The translations under genes were made by a program, and so were the position numbers. The notes under the pieces were generated by a model that made no database searches, was not told where the DNA came from, and saw nothing but the letters and a program-made list of their open reading frames with translations. DNA of 64,000 nt from Candidatus Bathyarchaeia archaeon. Its GTDB lineage: Archaea; Thermoproteota; Bathyarchaeia; Bathyarchaeales; Bathycorpusculaceae. The stretch lies in the NCBI GenBank assembly GCA_049970895.1, contig JBMFMB010000005.1:1-64000 (forward strand), in the 5' to 3' direction. Position 1 is the first letter of the stretch, and each line of letters begins with the position of its first letter. Of this stretch, positions 1 through 9,306 are shown in pieces.

Positions 1-120
1 GCGGGCTTACTTGTTGACACAGTTCAGTTTACAATGGCTATTTTAATCTTTGCAACAGTGGTGCTGATTGCGATGATAGAGATTGTTAGGAGAAGGCGCC
101 TTAAACTGGGCAAAACTTAG
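1..120 (+). CDS. C-terminal fragment of a membrane protein (truncated by window start)
   Basis: Frame 1 is open to TAG at 118-120: AGLLVDTVQFTMAILIFATVVLIAMIEIVRRRRLKLGKT, a hydrophobic helix followed by a basic tail. Confidence 0.55.
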   Translation, partial: AGLLVDTVQFTMAILIFATVVLIAMIEIVRRRRLKLGKT

Positions 121-232
121 AGTTTGAATATTGAGTTTTGTGGGAAAAACTTTATATCAAAAATTGCGAAGCATATACCAGAGAAAACTGTGGAACAAGG
201 ATTTTAGAGTGATTGGAAAGGTTGTATCTACA

Positions 233-520
233 TTGGCGCAGGTAAAAATGTGTTCTCCCACATGTGAACTCTTCAAGTGTGGCAAAAATGCTGCGGTTTA
301 CCGCCGGAACGTGGTTTGGTGCCGCTGGACTGAGGACGTTTGCAATGTTGCCAATTGCTCGTATGCCCTCTGCACAAAACGGAGACTCCTACCGCGAGGA
401 ATATGCGGAGAAACCGTTAAGAGAAAAACAACCGAAAAACAACCGGAAGAAGTTGTTGGACCAGCAATAAAGCTTCGAGGAAGAGCTCTACGCAAAATAG
501 GTGAAAGAGAACTATTCTAA
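233..520 (+). CDS. Cys-rich hypothetical protein (putative metal-binding)
   Basis: Part of ORF 131..520; in-frame TTG at 233 is the likelier start. 8 Cys in about 55 aa, with a basic C-terminus. Confidence 0.65.
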   Translation: MAQVKMCSPTCELFKCGKNAAVYRRNVVWCRWTEDVCNVANCSYALCTKRRLLPRGICGETVKRKTTEKQPEEVVGPAIKLRGRALRKIGERELF

Positions 521-574
521 ATTAGGCAAGCTAAACTTTCAAACTGCCGTTCTTCACTAATAGGCTATTTGGCG

Positions 575-742
575 CTATCTTGCCTGGACACGCTTAACAA
601 CAGGAGGCCTAATCTTTTTCAAGACTCTGTAGCCGCATACGGTGCATTTTATTTCTCCGCCACGAAGTTCCAGCTCTTCTGTGGAAACCTTTGCTCCGCA
701 TCGCAAACACTCGTAGATTATTCCCGTTGTTATTTTCTCCAT
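575..742 (-). CDS. rpo12: DNA-directed RNA polymerase subunit P (Rpo12)
   Basis: Not in the ORF track. Manual translation MEKITTGIIYECLRCGAKVSTEELELRGGEIKCTVCGYRVLKKIRPPVVKRVQAR shows a CxxC...CxxCGYRVLxKxRP zinc ribbon typical of RpoP. Confidence 0.95.
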   Translation of the reverse strand: MEKITTGIIYECLRCGAKVSTEELELRGGEIKCTVCGYRVLKKIRPPVVKRVQAR

Positions 743-821
743 GGTGGCTATCCTGCTCCATTACAGAGAGGTTTTTGCTTTTAAGCATTTCCAACACAAT
801 TAATCATTTTGAGGGCTTGCA

Positions 822-1709
822 GTGAGGAAGCGTTTGAAAACGCTCTTATCAGAAGTTCTCCCGCCGGAGGAGATATCCAAAATCTACAACTCCTATGATA
901 TTATTGGAGATATAGCCGTAATACGCCTAACTGAAAAATCCAGAAAGTACGGTCATATAATCGCCGAAACCATAATGAAGGTTCATAGGAATGTTAGGAC
1001 TGTTTTGGCGCAGACAAGCCCAGTTCATGGAGATTATAGGCTTCGGGAATTGGAGCATGTAGCCGGGGAGAAAAGGACGAAAACTATTCATAGAGAGTCT
1101 GGATGCCTCTTTTCAGTGGACGTGGAAAAGTGCTATTTTTCCCCAAGACTTTTTTATGAGAGAATGCGGATTGCCAAACTTGTTGGGAACGGAGAAACCA
1201 TCGTGAACATGTTCGCTGGGGTGGGGTGCTTCTCGCTAGTGATTGCCAAACACTCGAACGCCTCAAAAATTTACTCAATAGACATCAACCCAACAGCTGT
1301 TCAATTTATGAGGGAGAATGTTAAGCTAAACAGATTCTTCGGCAGAGTTATCCCAATAGAGGGAGACGCAAAAGAAATAATTCAAAAAATGCTGCGCCAG
1401 GTGGCTGACAGGGTGCTGATGCCACTGCCGGAAAAGGCTTTGGAGTATTTGCCTTACGCCCTCCTAACCCTAAAAGAAGGGGGTGGTTGGATACACTACT
1501 ACGATTTTGAGCATGCTAGTAAGGGGGAAAATGCCGTTGAAAAAGCCAAATTGAAAGTGGCACAAAGGCTTGAGGGTTTAGGGGTGAAATTTGAAATTCC
1601 CTTTGGCAGAGTTGTCCGAACAACTGGTCCAAACTGGTACCAAATCGTCCTAGATATTAAGGCGTTTTCGTGCCTCCGGTGTGGGTCTAGATCACCCCGA
1701 GAGGATTAA
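822..1709 (+). CDS. Trm5/Taw2 (Met10+) family tRNA SAM-dependent transferase
   Basis: YDIIGDIAVI, YFSPRLFYER, NMFAGVGCF SAM motif, IDINP, DRVLMPLP. Confidence 0.9.
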   Translation: MRKRLKTLLSEVLPPEEISKIYNSYDIIGDIAVIRLTEKSRKYGHIIAETIMKVHRNVRTVLAQTSPVHGDYRLRELEHVAGEKRTKTIHRESGCLFSVDVEKCYFSPRLFYERMRIAKLVGNGETIVNMFAGVGCFSLVIAKHSNASKIYSIDINPTAVQFMRENVKLNRFFGRVIPIEGDAKEIIQKMLRQVADRVLMPLPEKALEYLPYALLTLKEGGGWIHYYDFEHASKGENAVEKAKLKVAQRLEGLGVKFEIPFGRVVRTTGPNWYQIVLDIKAFSCLRCGSRSPRED

Positions 1710-1774
1710 ATGTTTTATATGTTTGACAAGTTAAATGTTGCTTAAGGGAGGTATGCAAAATCAAGAGGAAATTA

Positions 1775-2035
1775 ATGGAAATACTTGCATGTCCCATCGA
1801 CAAGCACTATCCGCTTGAGCTTTATGTTTTCGAGGAAAAAGATGAGATTGTTGAAGGCTTAATTGTTTGTCCAAAATGCCTCAGATGGTACCCAATCCGC
1901 GACGAGATTCCAGAAATGCTCCCAGACGAGCTCCGCAAAGAAAGTGAGGACCTGCCATTCCTTAAAAAATGGAAGGAGAAAATTCCCGAGAAAATTCTTC
2001 TCGAAGGAAAACCATTCAACCTAAAAAGGAGATAG
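1775..2035 (+). CDS. trm112: Trm112 family methyltransferase activator
   Basis: LMEILACP...CPKCLRWYPIRDEIPEMLPDELR. The true start may be an ATC at 1760. Confidence 0.9.
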   Translation: MEILACPIDKHYPLELYVFEEKDEIVEGLIVCPKCLRWYPIRDEIPEMLPDELRKESEDLPFLKKWKEKIPEKILLEGKPFNLKRR

Positions 2036-2043
2036 AGGGGGCT

Positions 2044-2991
2044 TTACTTAAGCTTAACAAGTCTACCAGTTTTGGAGGATTTAAGTGCAGCCTCAGCAAT
2101 TTTCAAAGCCTTTAAGCCATCCAACCCCGTTATAAACGGCTTTTCTTTCCCCAATACGCATCTTGCAAAGTGCTGAAGCTCAAGTTTTAAGGGCTCCTGC
2201 CACTGGATTCTTGGTTGAACGGTTTTCTCCGCCGTTTCTATTGTCAATTCTTGCGTGATGTAGTCAAGTTTTGCTATGGCTCTGCTTCCAGTCACCACCA
2301 GCACTCTCGTCTTGTATGGAGTCAACCAGTTCGCCTCAATAAAGGCGTTCTTCCCATACTCGAAAGTCAGCATTATGTGGGCGTAGTCCTCGAACTTTTT
2401 ATGCCTCATATTACCAGTTTTCGCATAAACCGCCACCGGATCGCTACCGAACAGGTAACGCATCACATCTATATCGTGAATCGCCAAGTCTTTTACAACT
2501 CCCACATCTCCTATTCTTTCGGGCCATTCTGAAACCCTCTTGGCTGTGGCGCAGACAAGTTCGCCTATTTCTTGGCTTCCAGCAGCATCTTTAATGTACT
2601 GTAGCCCTGGAATGAAACGCATTAGAAAGCCGACTGAAAGGTGTAGCCCCTCCTTTTCCGCGGTTTTTAGTAAAGTTTCAGCCTGTTTCGAGTTTGCAGC
2701 CATAGGCTTCTCAACCAAGACATGCTTTCCAGCCTTTAATGCCTTTAAGGCCTCTTTTGCAAGGCTTGTTGACCACGTGCAAACACTGACGGCTTCAATG
2801 TCTTTTCTTTTCAGCATCTTCGCCGTGCTAATGTAGGGCTTAACACCATATTTTTTGGCGACAGCCTTCGCCCTTTCAGCATTAATATCACAAACAGCCA
2901 GAAGCTCTGTTTCCTCTAGTTCAGCGAAAACCCTTGCGTGATTTCTTCCCCAGAACCCCGTTCCGATGACAGCAACCCCTAGTTTTTTCAT
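2044..2991 (-). CDS. Gfo/Idh/MocA oxidoreductase (probable UDP-GlcNAc(A) 3-dehydrogenase type)
   Basis: GTGFWG Rossmann motif, HVLVEKP, DLAIHDID; nucleotide-sugar operon context. Confidence 0.85.
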   Translation of the reverse strand: MKKLGVAVIGTGFWGRNHARVFAELEETELLAVCDINAERAKAVAKKYGVKPYISTAKMLKRKDIEAVSVCTWSTSLAKEALKALKAGKHVLVEKPMAANSKQAETLLKTAEKEGLHLSVGFLMRFIPGLQYIKDAAGSQEIGELVCATAKRVSEWPERIGDVGVVKDLAIHDIDVMRYLFGSDPVAVYAKTGNMRHKKFEDYAHIMLTFEYGKNAFIEANWLTPYKTRVLVVTGSRAIAKLDYITQELTIETAEKTVQPRIQWQEPLKLELQHFARCVLGKEKPFITGLDGLKALKIAEAALKSSKTGRLVKLK

Positions 2992-4349
2992 TTTTTCCAG
3001 ACTCCCCTTCCAAAACCACGATATATAAAACCTTCAGCTTCAACTTTCACGGGGTCCAAGACTCCTTCAAGATCGACTATTGCCGCTGGCATTTTTGCCA
3101 GAAGCTTAAGCCTCCTCAAATTTAGCCTTTTAAGCTGGTCATGCCCCGTGAGTATTACTATGCAATCTGCGCCTTCTACTGCTTCTACTAAACTTTTTCT
3201 TATGGGTGTATGCTCAAAGTCCGTTAATGCTTTCCCTGACCAGTAAGGGTCATAAAGCGTCAATTTCGCACCCTTATTCTCTAGTATGCTGACAATTTTC
3301 TTTGCAGTAACTTTGGGGACATCTGCGGCGTTAGGTGTTTGTGAAAGTCCAAGCAATGCAATTTTTGCCCTCCTTAATGGTTTTCCACAGTTTTTAAGCG
3401 CATCCCGAATGAGCTCGACCCCATGTTTTAGAAATTCCTCGCTTAGCTCTATTGCAGTTTCTGAAATGCGAAGTTTAACGTTAAGGTTTTCAGCCTCTTC
3501 CAACAATATTCTGACCGCCTCACTTGTTGATGCTGTTTGCCCATGCATGTGCAAGTTTATATCAGAACTTAGAAGGCAGCGAACTGATGAGTAGTCGATG
3601 CCAAGCTTTTCGCAGAATAAGGCAAACTCGTTATTCAATGCACAATTGACATTTTGGAAAACAGCCTCAAAAAGCACGGCCGCTTCAGCCGTCTTCACAT
3701 CCCTAATTCTAATGATTTCGGCGTTGGTCACCGCTTTTAAGACGTTTAATGCAGCCTCTAAACTAGCTTCATTCGACGCCGCAACAATCCGCCTACAACC
3801 CGCCAAGCCATTAAGCGTCTGCCTCTCCGGAAATAATGTTGGACTATAAGCCAAGTAGAAGTCTGAACCAGCTTTAAACCCGGAGGAACTTTCAAGAACC
3901 TCTTTTATAAATCCCTCCATTATGCCTATTCCAACAATACTCGTGATAATAACTAGGGTTTCTTTGCGGAGGCTTGAGCCTATCATTTTTAGGACCTTTT
4001 CTAGAGGGGAATAGTCTACTCGACCCTTTTCATCCACGATGATGGAGGTTGTGACCACTATGATGTTGCCTTGAGATGTTGCAGCTTTTAAATCGCTAGT
4101 AACTTTTAGCCTTCCACTTGTCAAATTTTTTCGAAGAATCGGCTCTATTTCATGCTTTAGAAATTGAACTTTGCCCTTTATTACACGCTCCACAGCGGCT
4201 TGGTCGCTGTCAACGCATATAACTCTAAAGCCCGCCTCGGCAAAGAGGCAAGCATGAAGGAGACCTAAACGCCCGCATCCAACTATTCCAACCACTAATT
4301 TTTCACGCTGTTCCAAAGTTCCTGTTTCCAGAGACTTTGTCGTTAACAT
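2988..4349 (-). CDS. UDP-glucose/GDP-mannose dehydrogenase family protein (catalytic residues degenerate)
   Basis: GCGRLG, FYLAYSP and a C-terminal UDP-binding domain (IALLG...YDPY...ADCIVILTGH). No GGHC motif. Confidence 0.8.
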   Translation of the reverse strand: MLTTKSLETGTLEQREKLVVGIVGCGRLGLLHACLFAEAGFRVICVDSDQAAVERVIKGKVQFLKHEIEPILRKNLTSGRLKVTSDLKAATSQGNIIVVTTSIIVDEKGRVDYSPLEKVLKMIGSSLRKETLVIITSIVGIGIMEGFIKEVLESSSGFKAGSDFYLAYSPTLFPERQTLNGLAGCRRIVAASNEASLEAALNVLKAVTNAEIIRIRDVKTAEAAVLFEAVFQNVNCALNNEFALFCEKLGIDYSSVRCLLSSDINLHMHGQTASTSEAVRILLEEAENLNVKLRISETAIELSEEFLKHGVELIRDALKNCGKPLRRAKIALLGLSQTPNAADVPKVTAKKIVSILENKGAKLTLYDPYWSGKALTDFEHTPIRKSLVEAVEGADCIVILTGHDQLKRLNLRRLKLLAKMPAAIVDLEGVLDPVKVEAEGFIYRGFGRGVWKK

Positions 4350-4387
4350 TGGGGTTTCTCCAAGTTGCAGAAAACACCTTCTATAGT

Positions 4388-5764
4388 TTAGCCTTTTAAG
4401 CTGTCGATTATCCTTTTAAGTTTTAAACTGTAATCTTGAATAAGCCTTAAGGCTTTATCCCTTGATTTTGCTTCCGCATAAAGCCTATAAAGCGGCTCAG
4501 TTCCACTCGGCCTAACGAGAATGGAGCTTTTGTCCTCAAACCAGATTTTGACTCCGTCAATGGTGCTTGTGTTTAGTCCCTTTGTCTGCTCGATGAGTTT
4601 TTCTAAAACTTTTGCTTTGAGCTGTTCTGGGCATTCAACCTTGCCCTTCTCAATAAAATATTTTGGCAGTTCATCGAGGAGGTTTGACAGCCTTTCACAT
4701 GTTTCAGCCATTATGCCCAAGATCAGGGCTGTTGCCATTGCACCGTCTCTAACTGGTTGGTGTGGTCCGTAAAAGATTCCGCCGTTTTCCTCCCCACCCA
4801 GCTTTGCACCCGTTTTCTTCATTGTATGGGAGACTATGACGCTTCCAACTTTCGTCCAGACTATTTCTCCGCCATAAGCATCTGCAATATCCTTCACTAA
4901 GGTTGAGGAGCTTATGGGCGAAACAATTTTTTCGCCCGGATTCCGCAGCAAGAAGTATTTTTCGACGAGGGCGAAAGTTTTGTCGCCCCAGTGGATTTCT
5001 CCCCCCTCGTCAACGAATATGGAGCGGTCGGCGTCTCCGTCAAAGGCTACTCCCAAATCTGCGCCCACAGCCCTAACGGTTAAGGCTAAATCGCCAAGAT
5101 TTTCTGGTCGCGGTTCAGGAGGCCTTGCTGGAAATGTTCCATCAATGTTCGCGTTTATAGTTGTGACGCGGCATCCAAGCTCTCTGAAAAGTTTTGGAAC
5201 AGTGAGCGCGGCAACACTGTTGGCAGCGTCAACCACAACGTGGTAGTGTTTGCTTGCTATTTTGGCTGTGTCAACATGCCCTTTTATGGCTTCCACATAT
5301 TCCTCGATAATTCCGGTGAGGCTTTGCACTTCTCCTATCTTGTCCCATTCTGCAAAGCGAATTTTGTTGTCGAAGAATATTTTTTCAATTTCTATTTCCT
5401 GTTCTCTTGCAATTTCTATTCCATCATTCCATACAACTTTTATCCCGTTATATTCCGGCGGGTTGTGGGAAGCCGTTATAATGACTCCGCCGCTAATTTT
5501 GTGGCTTTTCACCGCGTATTGTAGTGCCGGTGTGGGCGCCATCCCAGCAAAAAGCACATTGCAGCCAGCAGCATTCAATCCAGCCATCACGGCTTTTGCA
5601 AGCATTGGACTGCTTGTTCTGGCGTCATGTCCAACAAGCAAATCCCCGCCACCAAAATATGTGCCTATGGCGCTTCCAATAGTAATTGCAAGTTCTGGAG
5701 TTAACTCCCTATTAACTAGTCCACGAATTCCATTTGTTCCAAACAATCTTCTTTGGCTGAGCAT
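4388..5764 (-). CDS. glmM: Phosphoglucosamine mutase / phosphohexomutase
   Basis: FGTNGIRG, TASHNP, FDGDADR, GGEENG, RPSGTEP motifs. Confidence 0.9.
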   Translation of the reverse strand: MLSQRRLFGTNGIRGLVNRELTPELAITIGSAIGTYFGGGDLLVGHDARTSSPMLAKAVMAGLNAAGCNVLFAGMAPTPALQYAVKSHKISGGVIITASHNPPEYNGIKVVWNDGIEIAREQEIEIEKIFFDNKIRFAEWDKIGEVQSLTGIIEEYVEAIKGHVDTAKIASKHYHVVVDAANSVAALTVPKLFRELGCRVTTINANIDGTFPARPPEPRPENLGDLALTVRAVGADLGVAFDGDADRSIFVDEGGEIHWGDKTFALVEKYFLLRNPGEKIVSPISSSTLVKDIADAYGGEIVWTKVGSVIVSHTMKKTGAKLGGEENGGIFYGPHQPVRDGAMATALILGIMAETCERLSNLLDELPKYFIEKGKVECPEQLKAKVLEKLIEQTKGLNTSTIDGVKIWFEDKSSILVRPSGTEPLYRLYAEAKSRDKALRLIQDYSLKLKRIIDSLKG

Positions 5765-5776
5765 ACGCTTACCTCA

Positions 5777-6865
5777 TTAAATGATGCATTTCAACTCTGA
5801 AACGTCGTGGAAAACCTCTTTGGCAGGGCATATGGAAACTCCTTCAGCCAGTGAGACGTTGTCTCCTATAACCGCGTAGTCGCCTATTACGCAGTTTCCC
5901 CTAATTTTGACCCCCCGACCGATGGTGACATTTTCACCAATAATGGCTCCATTTATTAAAGAACCATCAGAAACGGAGACGCCCGGAAAGATTATAGAGT
6001 TTTCTACGTGAACATTCTTTCCTACGCTGACATTTTTCCCGAGAACTGCGTATGGTCCAATGGTTGAGCCTTCCTCAATTGTGACACTTTCATCGCAAAC
6101 TACTGGCTCATTTATCTTCCCATAATTCTTTATCACGTTCACTTTTTTCCCACGGAAGCTGTCCAGAAGAATTTTATTTACCTCTAGATAATCTTCAGCC
6201 TTGCCGATGTCCGACCACAAACCTTCGAACACGTAGCCAAAAAGCTTACCTTCATCCACAAGTTTTGGAAAAACTTCACGTTCAAGGGAAACTTTTCCAC
6301 CCTTCGGAATGTATTTGAAAATTTCATGGCTGAGAACGTATATTCCAGCGTTTATGAGATTTGACGGAGACATTCCCGGCGGAGGTTTCTCAATAAACCT
6401 TCTTATTCTGCCGCTATTTTCGATTTCTGCAACTCCATATCGGCTTGGGTCCTTAACAGTACACAGGGCTATTGTTGCAATGGCACCTTTTTCCTTTTCA
6501 TGCTTCTTAATTATTTCAGTGTAGTTTATGTTGGTGAAGATGTCGCCGTTCACCACCAGAAAGTTGTCGTCTTCTAGGAGTTCTTCAGCATGCTTTATCG
6601 CACCGCCGGTTCCAAGAGGCTTTTTAGATGGGTCGTATGAGTAGGCGATTTTCACTTTGCCCTTAGAATATTTGGAATTTTTTATGTGGAAGGCTGTTTG
6701 ATGGTTAACCGCCAATATTGCCTCTTTTATACCACTTTTTGAAAGGCTTTTGAGGGTCCATTCTAAAAGCGGCTTGTTCAGCACTGGAAACAAGATTTTT
6801 GGTCTTGTGCAGCTTAGGGGTCTAAGCCTTGTTGCGAATCCTCCAGCCAGAATCAGCGCTTTCAA
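5777..6865 (-). CDS. NDP-sugar synthase (mannose-1-phosphate guanylyltransferase-like) with hexapeptide repeats
   Basis: ILAGGFATRLRPL, PLGTGG, VNGD, EKP, WSDIG, and a left-handed beta-helix C-terminus. Confidence 0.9.
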   Translation of the reverse strand: MKALILAGGFATRLRPLSCTRPKILFPVLNKPLLEWTLKSLSKSGIKEAILAVNHQTAFHIKNSKYSKGKVKIAYSYDPSKKPLGTGGAIKHAEELLEDDNFLVVNGDIFTNINYTEIIKKHEKEKGAIATIALCTVKDPSRYGVAEIENSGRIRRFIEKPPPGMSPSNLINAGIYVLSHEIFKYIPKGGKVSLEREVFPKLVDEGKLFGYVFEGLWSDIGKAEDYLEVNKILLDSFRGKKVNVIKNYGKINEPVVCDESVTIEEGSTIGPYAVLGKNVSVGKNVHVENSIIFPGVSVSDGSLINGAIIGENVTIGRGVKIRGNCVIGDYAVIGDNVSLAEGVSICPAKEVFHDVSELKCII

Positions 6866-6928
6866 AGAGGTTTCACCATTTGCGCAAGCTTATATTCAAA
6901 TTCTTTCAAAATAAAACAGTTTCGTGGA

Positions 6929-7702
6929 ATGGAGGATAAGCACATGAAAGTCCTACTCCACGAGATGAGCTGGCTGGAGGCAAAGGAATATTTCGGTAAG
7001 AATGATGTAGCCATTGTTCCAGTAGGCTCAAACGAGCAACATGGTCCACAAAACCCTCTTGGAACAGACCATCTTATAGCCAAGGCAATAGCCGAAGAAG
7101 CCGCCAAACGTGCTGGAGTTCTTTGTTTGCAGGTAATCCCCTTCGGTGTGAGCCACCACCACAGACAGTTCTGGGGCACGGTTCACGTTTCGCCCAAAAC
7201 CCTAAAAGCCTATGTGAAGGATGTTTGCCTATCCCTAAACTACTATGGCGTAAAGAAAATAGTCATTGTTAATGGACACGGCGGAAATTTGAATGCCCTA
7301 ACCGAGCTGGCTAGGGAATTGCGAGAAAAGGGAATTTTCGTATCAGTTTTTCAATGGTGGCCCGCTGCTGGCAAACTCCTGCCAGACATATTCAAGCAGG
7401 AGGAGAGGGGGCATGCTGGCGCCGAGGAGACCTCTGTGAATTTGGCTTTGCACCCACATCTGGTTAATATGGACAAGGCTGTGGATGGAGAAGTACGTGG
7501 ACACGTTGCAGAGACTGAGGGCATAGTTCTCCCACTGGACACTGCGGACCGCACAAGTTCAGGGGTTTTCGGCAAGTCAAAAACGGCTTCGGCTGATAAG
7601 GGTAAAAGAGTCTTCGAAGCGGTTGTAAACGAACTCGTTAAGCACATTAATTTGCTGAAGAAGGCTAAAATTGAAGATTTGATGGCTAAGCCAAGAATTT
7701 AA
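6929..7702 (+). CDS. Creatininase/amidohydrolase family protein
   Basis: PVGSNEQHGP-x-PLGTD, NGHGGN, HAGAEETS. Confidence 0.9.
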   Translation: MEDKHMKVLLHEMSWLEAKEYFGKNDVAIVPVGSNEQHGPQNPLGTDHLIAKAIAEEAAKRAGVLCLQVIPFGVSHHHRQFWGTVHVSPKTLKAYVKDVCLSLNYYGVKKIVIVNGHGGNLNALTELARELREKGIFVSVFQWWPAAGKLLPDIFKQEERGHAGAEETSVNLALHPHLVNMDKAVDGEVRGHVAETEGIVLPLDTADRTSSGVFGKSKTASADKGKRVFEAVVNELVKHINLLKKAKIEDLMAKPRI

Positions 7703-7706
7703 GGCG

Positions 7707-9251
7707 TTATTCCCATTCAATGGTTGCTGGTGGCTTATGGGTAATGTCGTATACCACCCTAACAACCTCGGGTATTTCACTGGTTATTCTTGTGGAGATT
7801 CTCTCCAAAACTTTGTAGGGAATTCTTGCAAAACTCGCCGTCATCGCCTCGCGGCTTTCCACAGCCCTAACAGCCACAACATAGCCATAAGCGCGGGCGT
7901 CGCCCTTAACACCAGTGGCTTTAGTGTTTGTCAGAACTGCAAAATACTGCCACAACCTCTCCTTTAAGCCGCTTTTCTCAAACTCTTCCCTCACAATTTT
8001 ATCCGCCTTCCTAACAATTTCAACCTTTTCTCTGGTCACTTCGCCAACAACTCTTACCGCCAGTCCGGGACCGGGAAAAGGCTGCCTAAAAACTATTTCC
8101 TTTGGCAGTCCGATTATTTTGGCAACTCTGCGAACCTCATCCTTGTACAAATCCCTTAAGGGTTCAACAATTTTCTTAAACTTGATTTTTGTGGGAAGCC
8201 CAGCGACATTGTGGTGGGTTTTAATTTTATCTGAAAACCTTCTAAACCCAGACTCAATTCTATCTGGATAAATGGTTCCTTGAATAAGGTATTCTGCACC
8301 AACTTTTTTAGCAATTTCCTCAAAAACTCGGATGAACTCTTCACCTATAATCTTCCTTTTCATTTCCGGGTCTGTTACACCATTAAGCTTTTCAAAAAAT
8401 CTTTCTTGCGCATTTACGATCACCAAGTTTAATTTAAGCTTTTGAAACGTGTTTTTCACGAATTCGGGTTCGTTCTCCCTCATGAATCCGTGGTTGACAA
8501 AAACTGCCGTCAGCCTTTCGCCTATTGCTTTGGCTGCTATAGCTGTGGCGACGCTGGAGTCTATGCCTCCGCTTAGGGCTATTATGGCTTTTCCACTGCC
8601 AACTTCCCTTTTAACTTCCTCAACCATTTTGTCTATGACGTTTTCCATTTTCCAGTTTGCAATACAACCACAAACTTCAAAAATGAAGTTGCGAAGCATT
8701 TTTGTGCCGTTTACTGTGTGCACAACTTCGGGGTGCCACTGCAAACCATAAATCGGCTTAGTTTTGTGTTTGAAGGCAGCAACAGGACAATTTTGTGTAT
8801 AAGCCAGAACATCAAATTCTGGCGGAGCTGAAAAAACAGCGTCGCTATGGCTCATCCAAACACGCTCTTTTCTGCTTAAATCCTTCAAAACGCCAACAGG
8901 TTTGCCTATAATCACATAGGCTGAGCCGAATTCTTTACGTTTGGCTGGCCCAACTTTTCCGCCGAAAATCTGGGCGATAAGCTGATGTCCATAGCATAAT
9001 CCTAGGACCGGTAGCCCCAAATCAAAAATGCGCTCATCTGGTTTTGGCGCATTCTCGTCAAAGACGCTTGCTGGACCACCGGACAGGATTAGTCCTTTAA
9101 CATTAAATTTCTCGCTTAGAAGCCTTATCTCCTCAATTTTTATGTCGTGGGGGACTATTTCTGAGTATACGCCGTTTTCTCTAATTCGTCTTCCAATGAG
9201 GTGGCAGTATTGCCCACCGAAATCCAATACTAGTATGGTGTCGTATTTCAC
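7707..9251 (-). CDS. guaA: GMP synthase (glutamine-hydrolysing), fused GATase and synthetase
   Basis: [50 protein letters not shown]. Confidence 0.97.
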   Translation of the reverse strand: MKYDTILVLDFGGQYCHLIGRRIRENGVYSEIVPHDIKIEEIRLLSEKFNVKGLILSGGPASVFDENAPKPDERIFDLGLPVLGLCYGHQLIAQIFGGKVGPAKRKEFGSAYVIIGKPVGVLKDLSRKERVWMSHSDAVFSAPPEFDVLAYTQNCPVAAFKHKTKPIYGLQWHPEVVHTVNGTKMLRNFIFEVCGCIANWKMENVIDKMVEEVKREVGSGKAIIALSGGIDSSVATAIAAKAIGERLTAVFVNHGFMRENEPEFVKNTFQKLKLNLVIVNAQERFFEKLNGVTDPEMKRKIIGEEFIRVFEEIAKKVGAEYLIQGTIYPDRIESGFRRFSDKIKTHHNVAGLPTKIKFKKIVEPLRDLYKDEVRRVAKIIGLPKEIVFRQPFPGPGLAVRVVGEVTREKVEIVRKADKIVREEFEKSGLKERLWQYFAVLTNTKATGVKGDARAYGYVVAVRAVESREAMTASFARIPYKVLERISTRITSEIPEVVRVVYDITHKPPATIEWE

Positions 9252-9306
9252 GTGTACCCACTCTGAAATGAGCTTTGAACATGGAAAAGCGGCAATTTAA
9301 AGTTTA

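Noticed and set aside
569-797. ORF-track calls 569..784 (+) and 609..797 (-)
   Set aside because: Both are shadows of rpo12 (575..742, -) in other frames.
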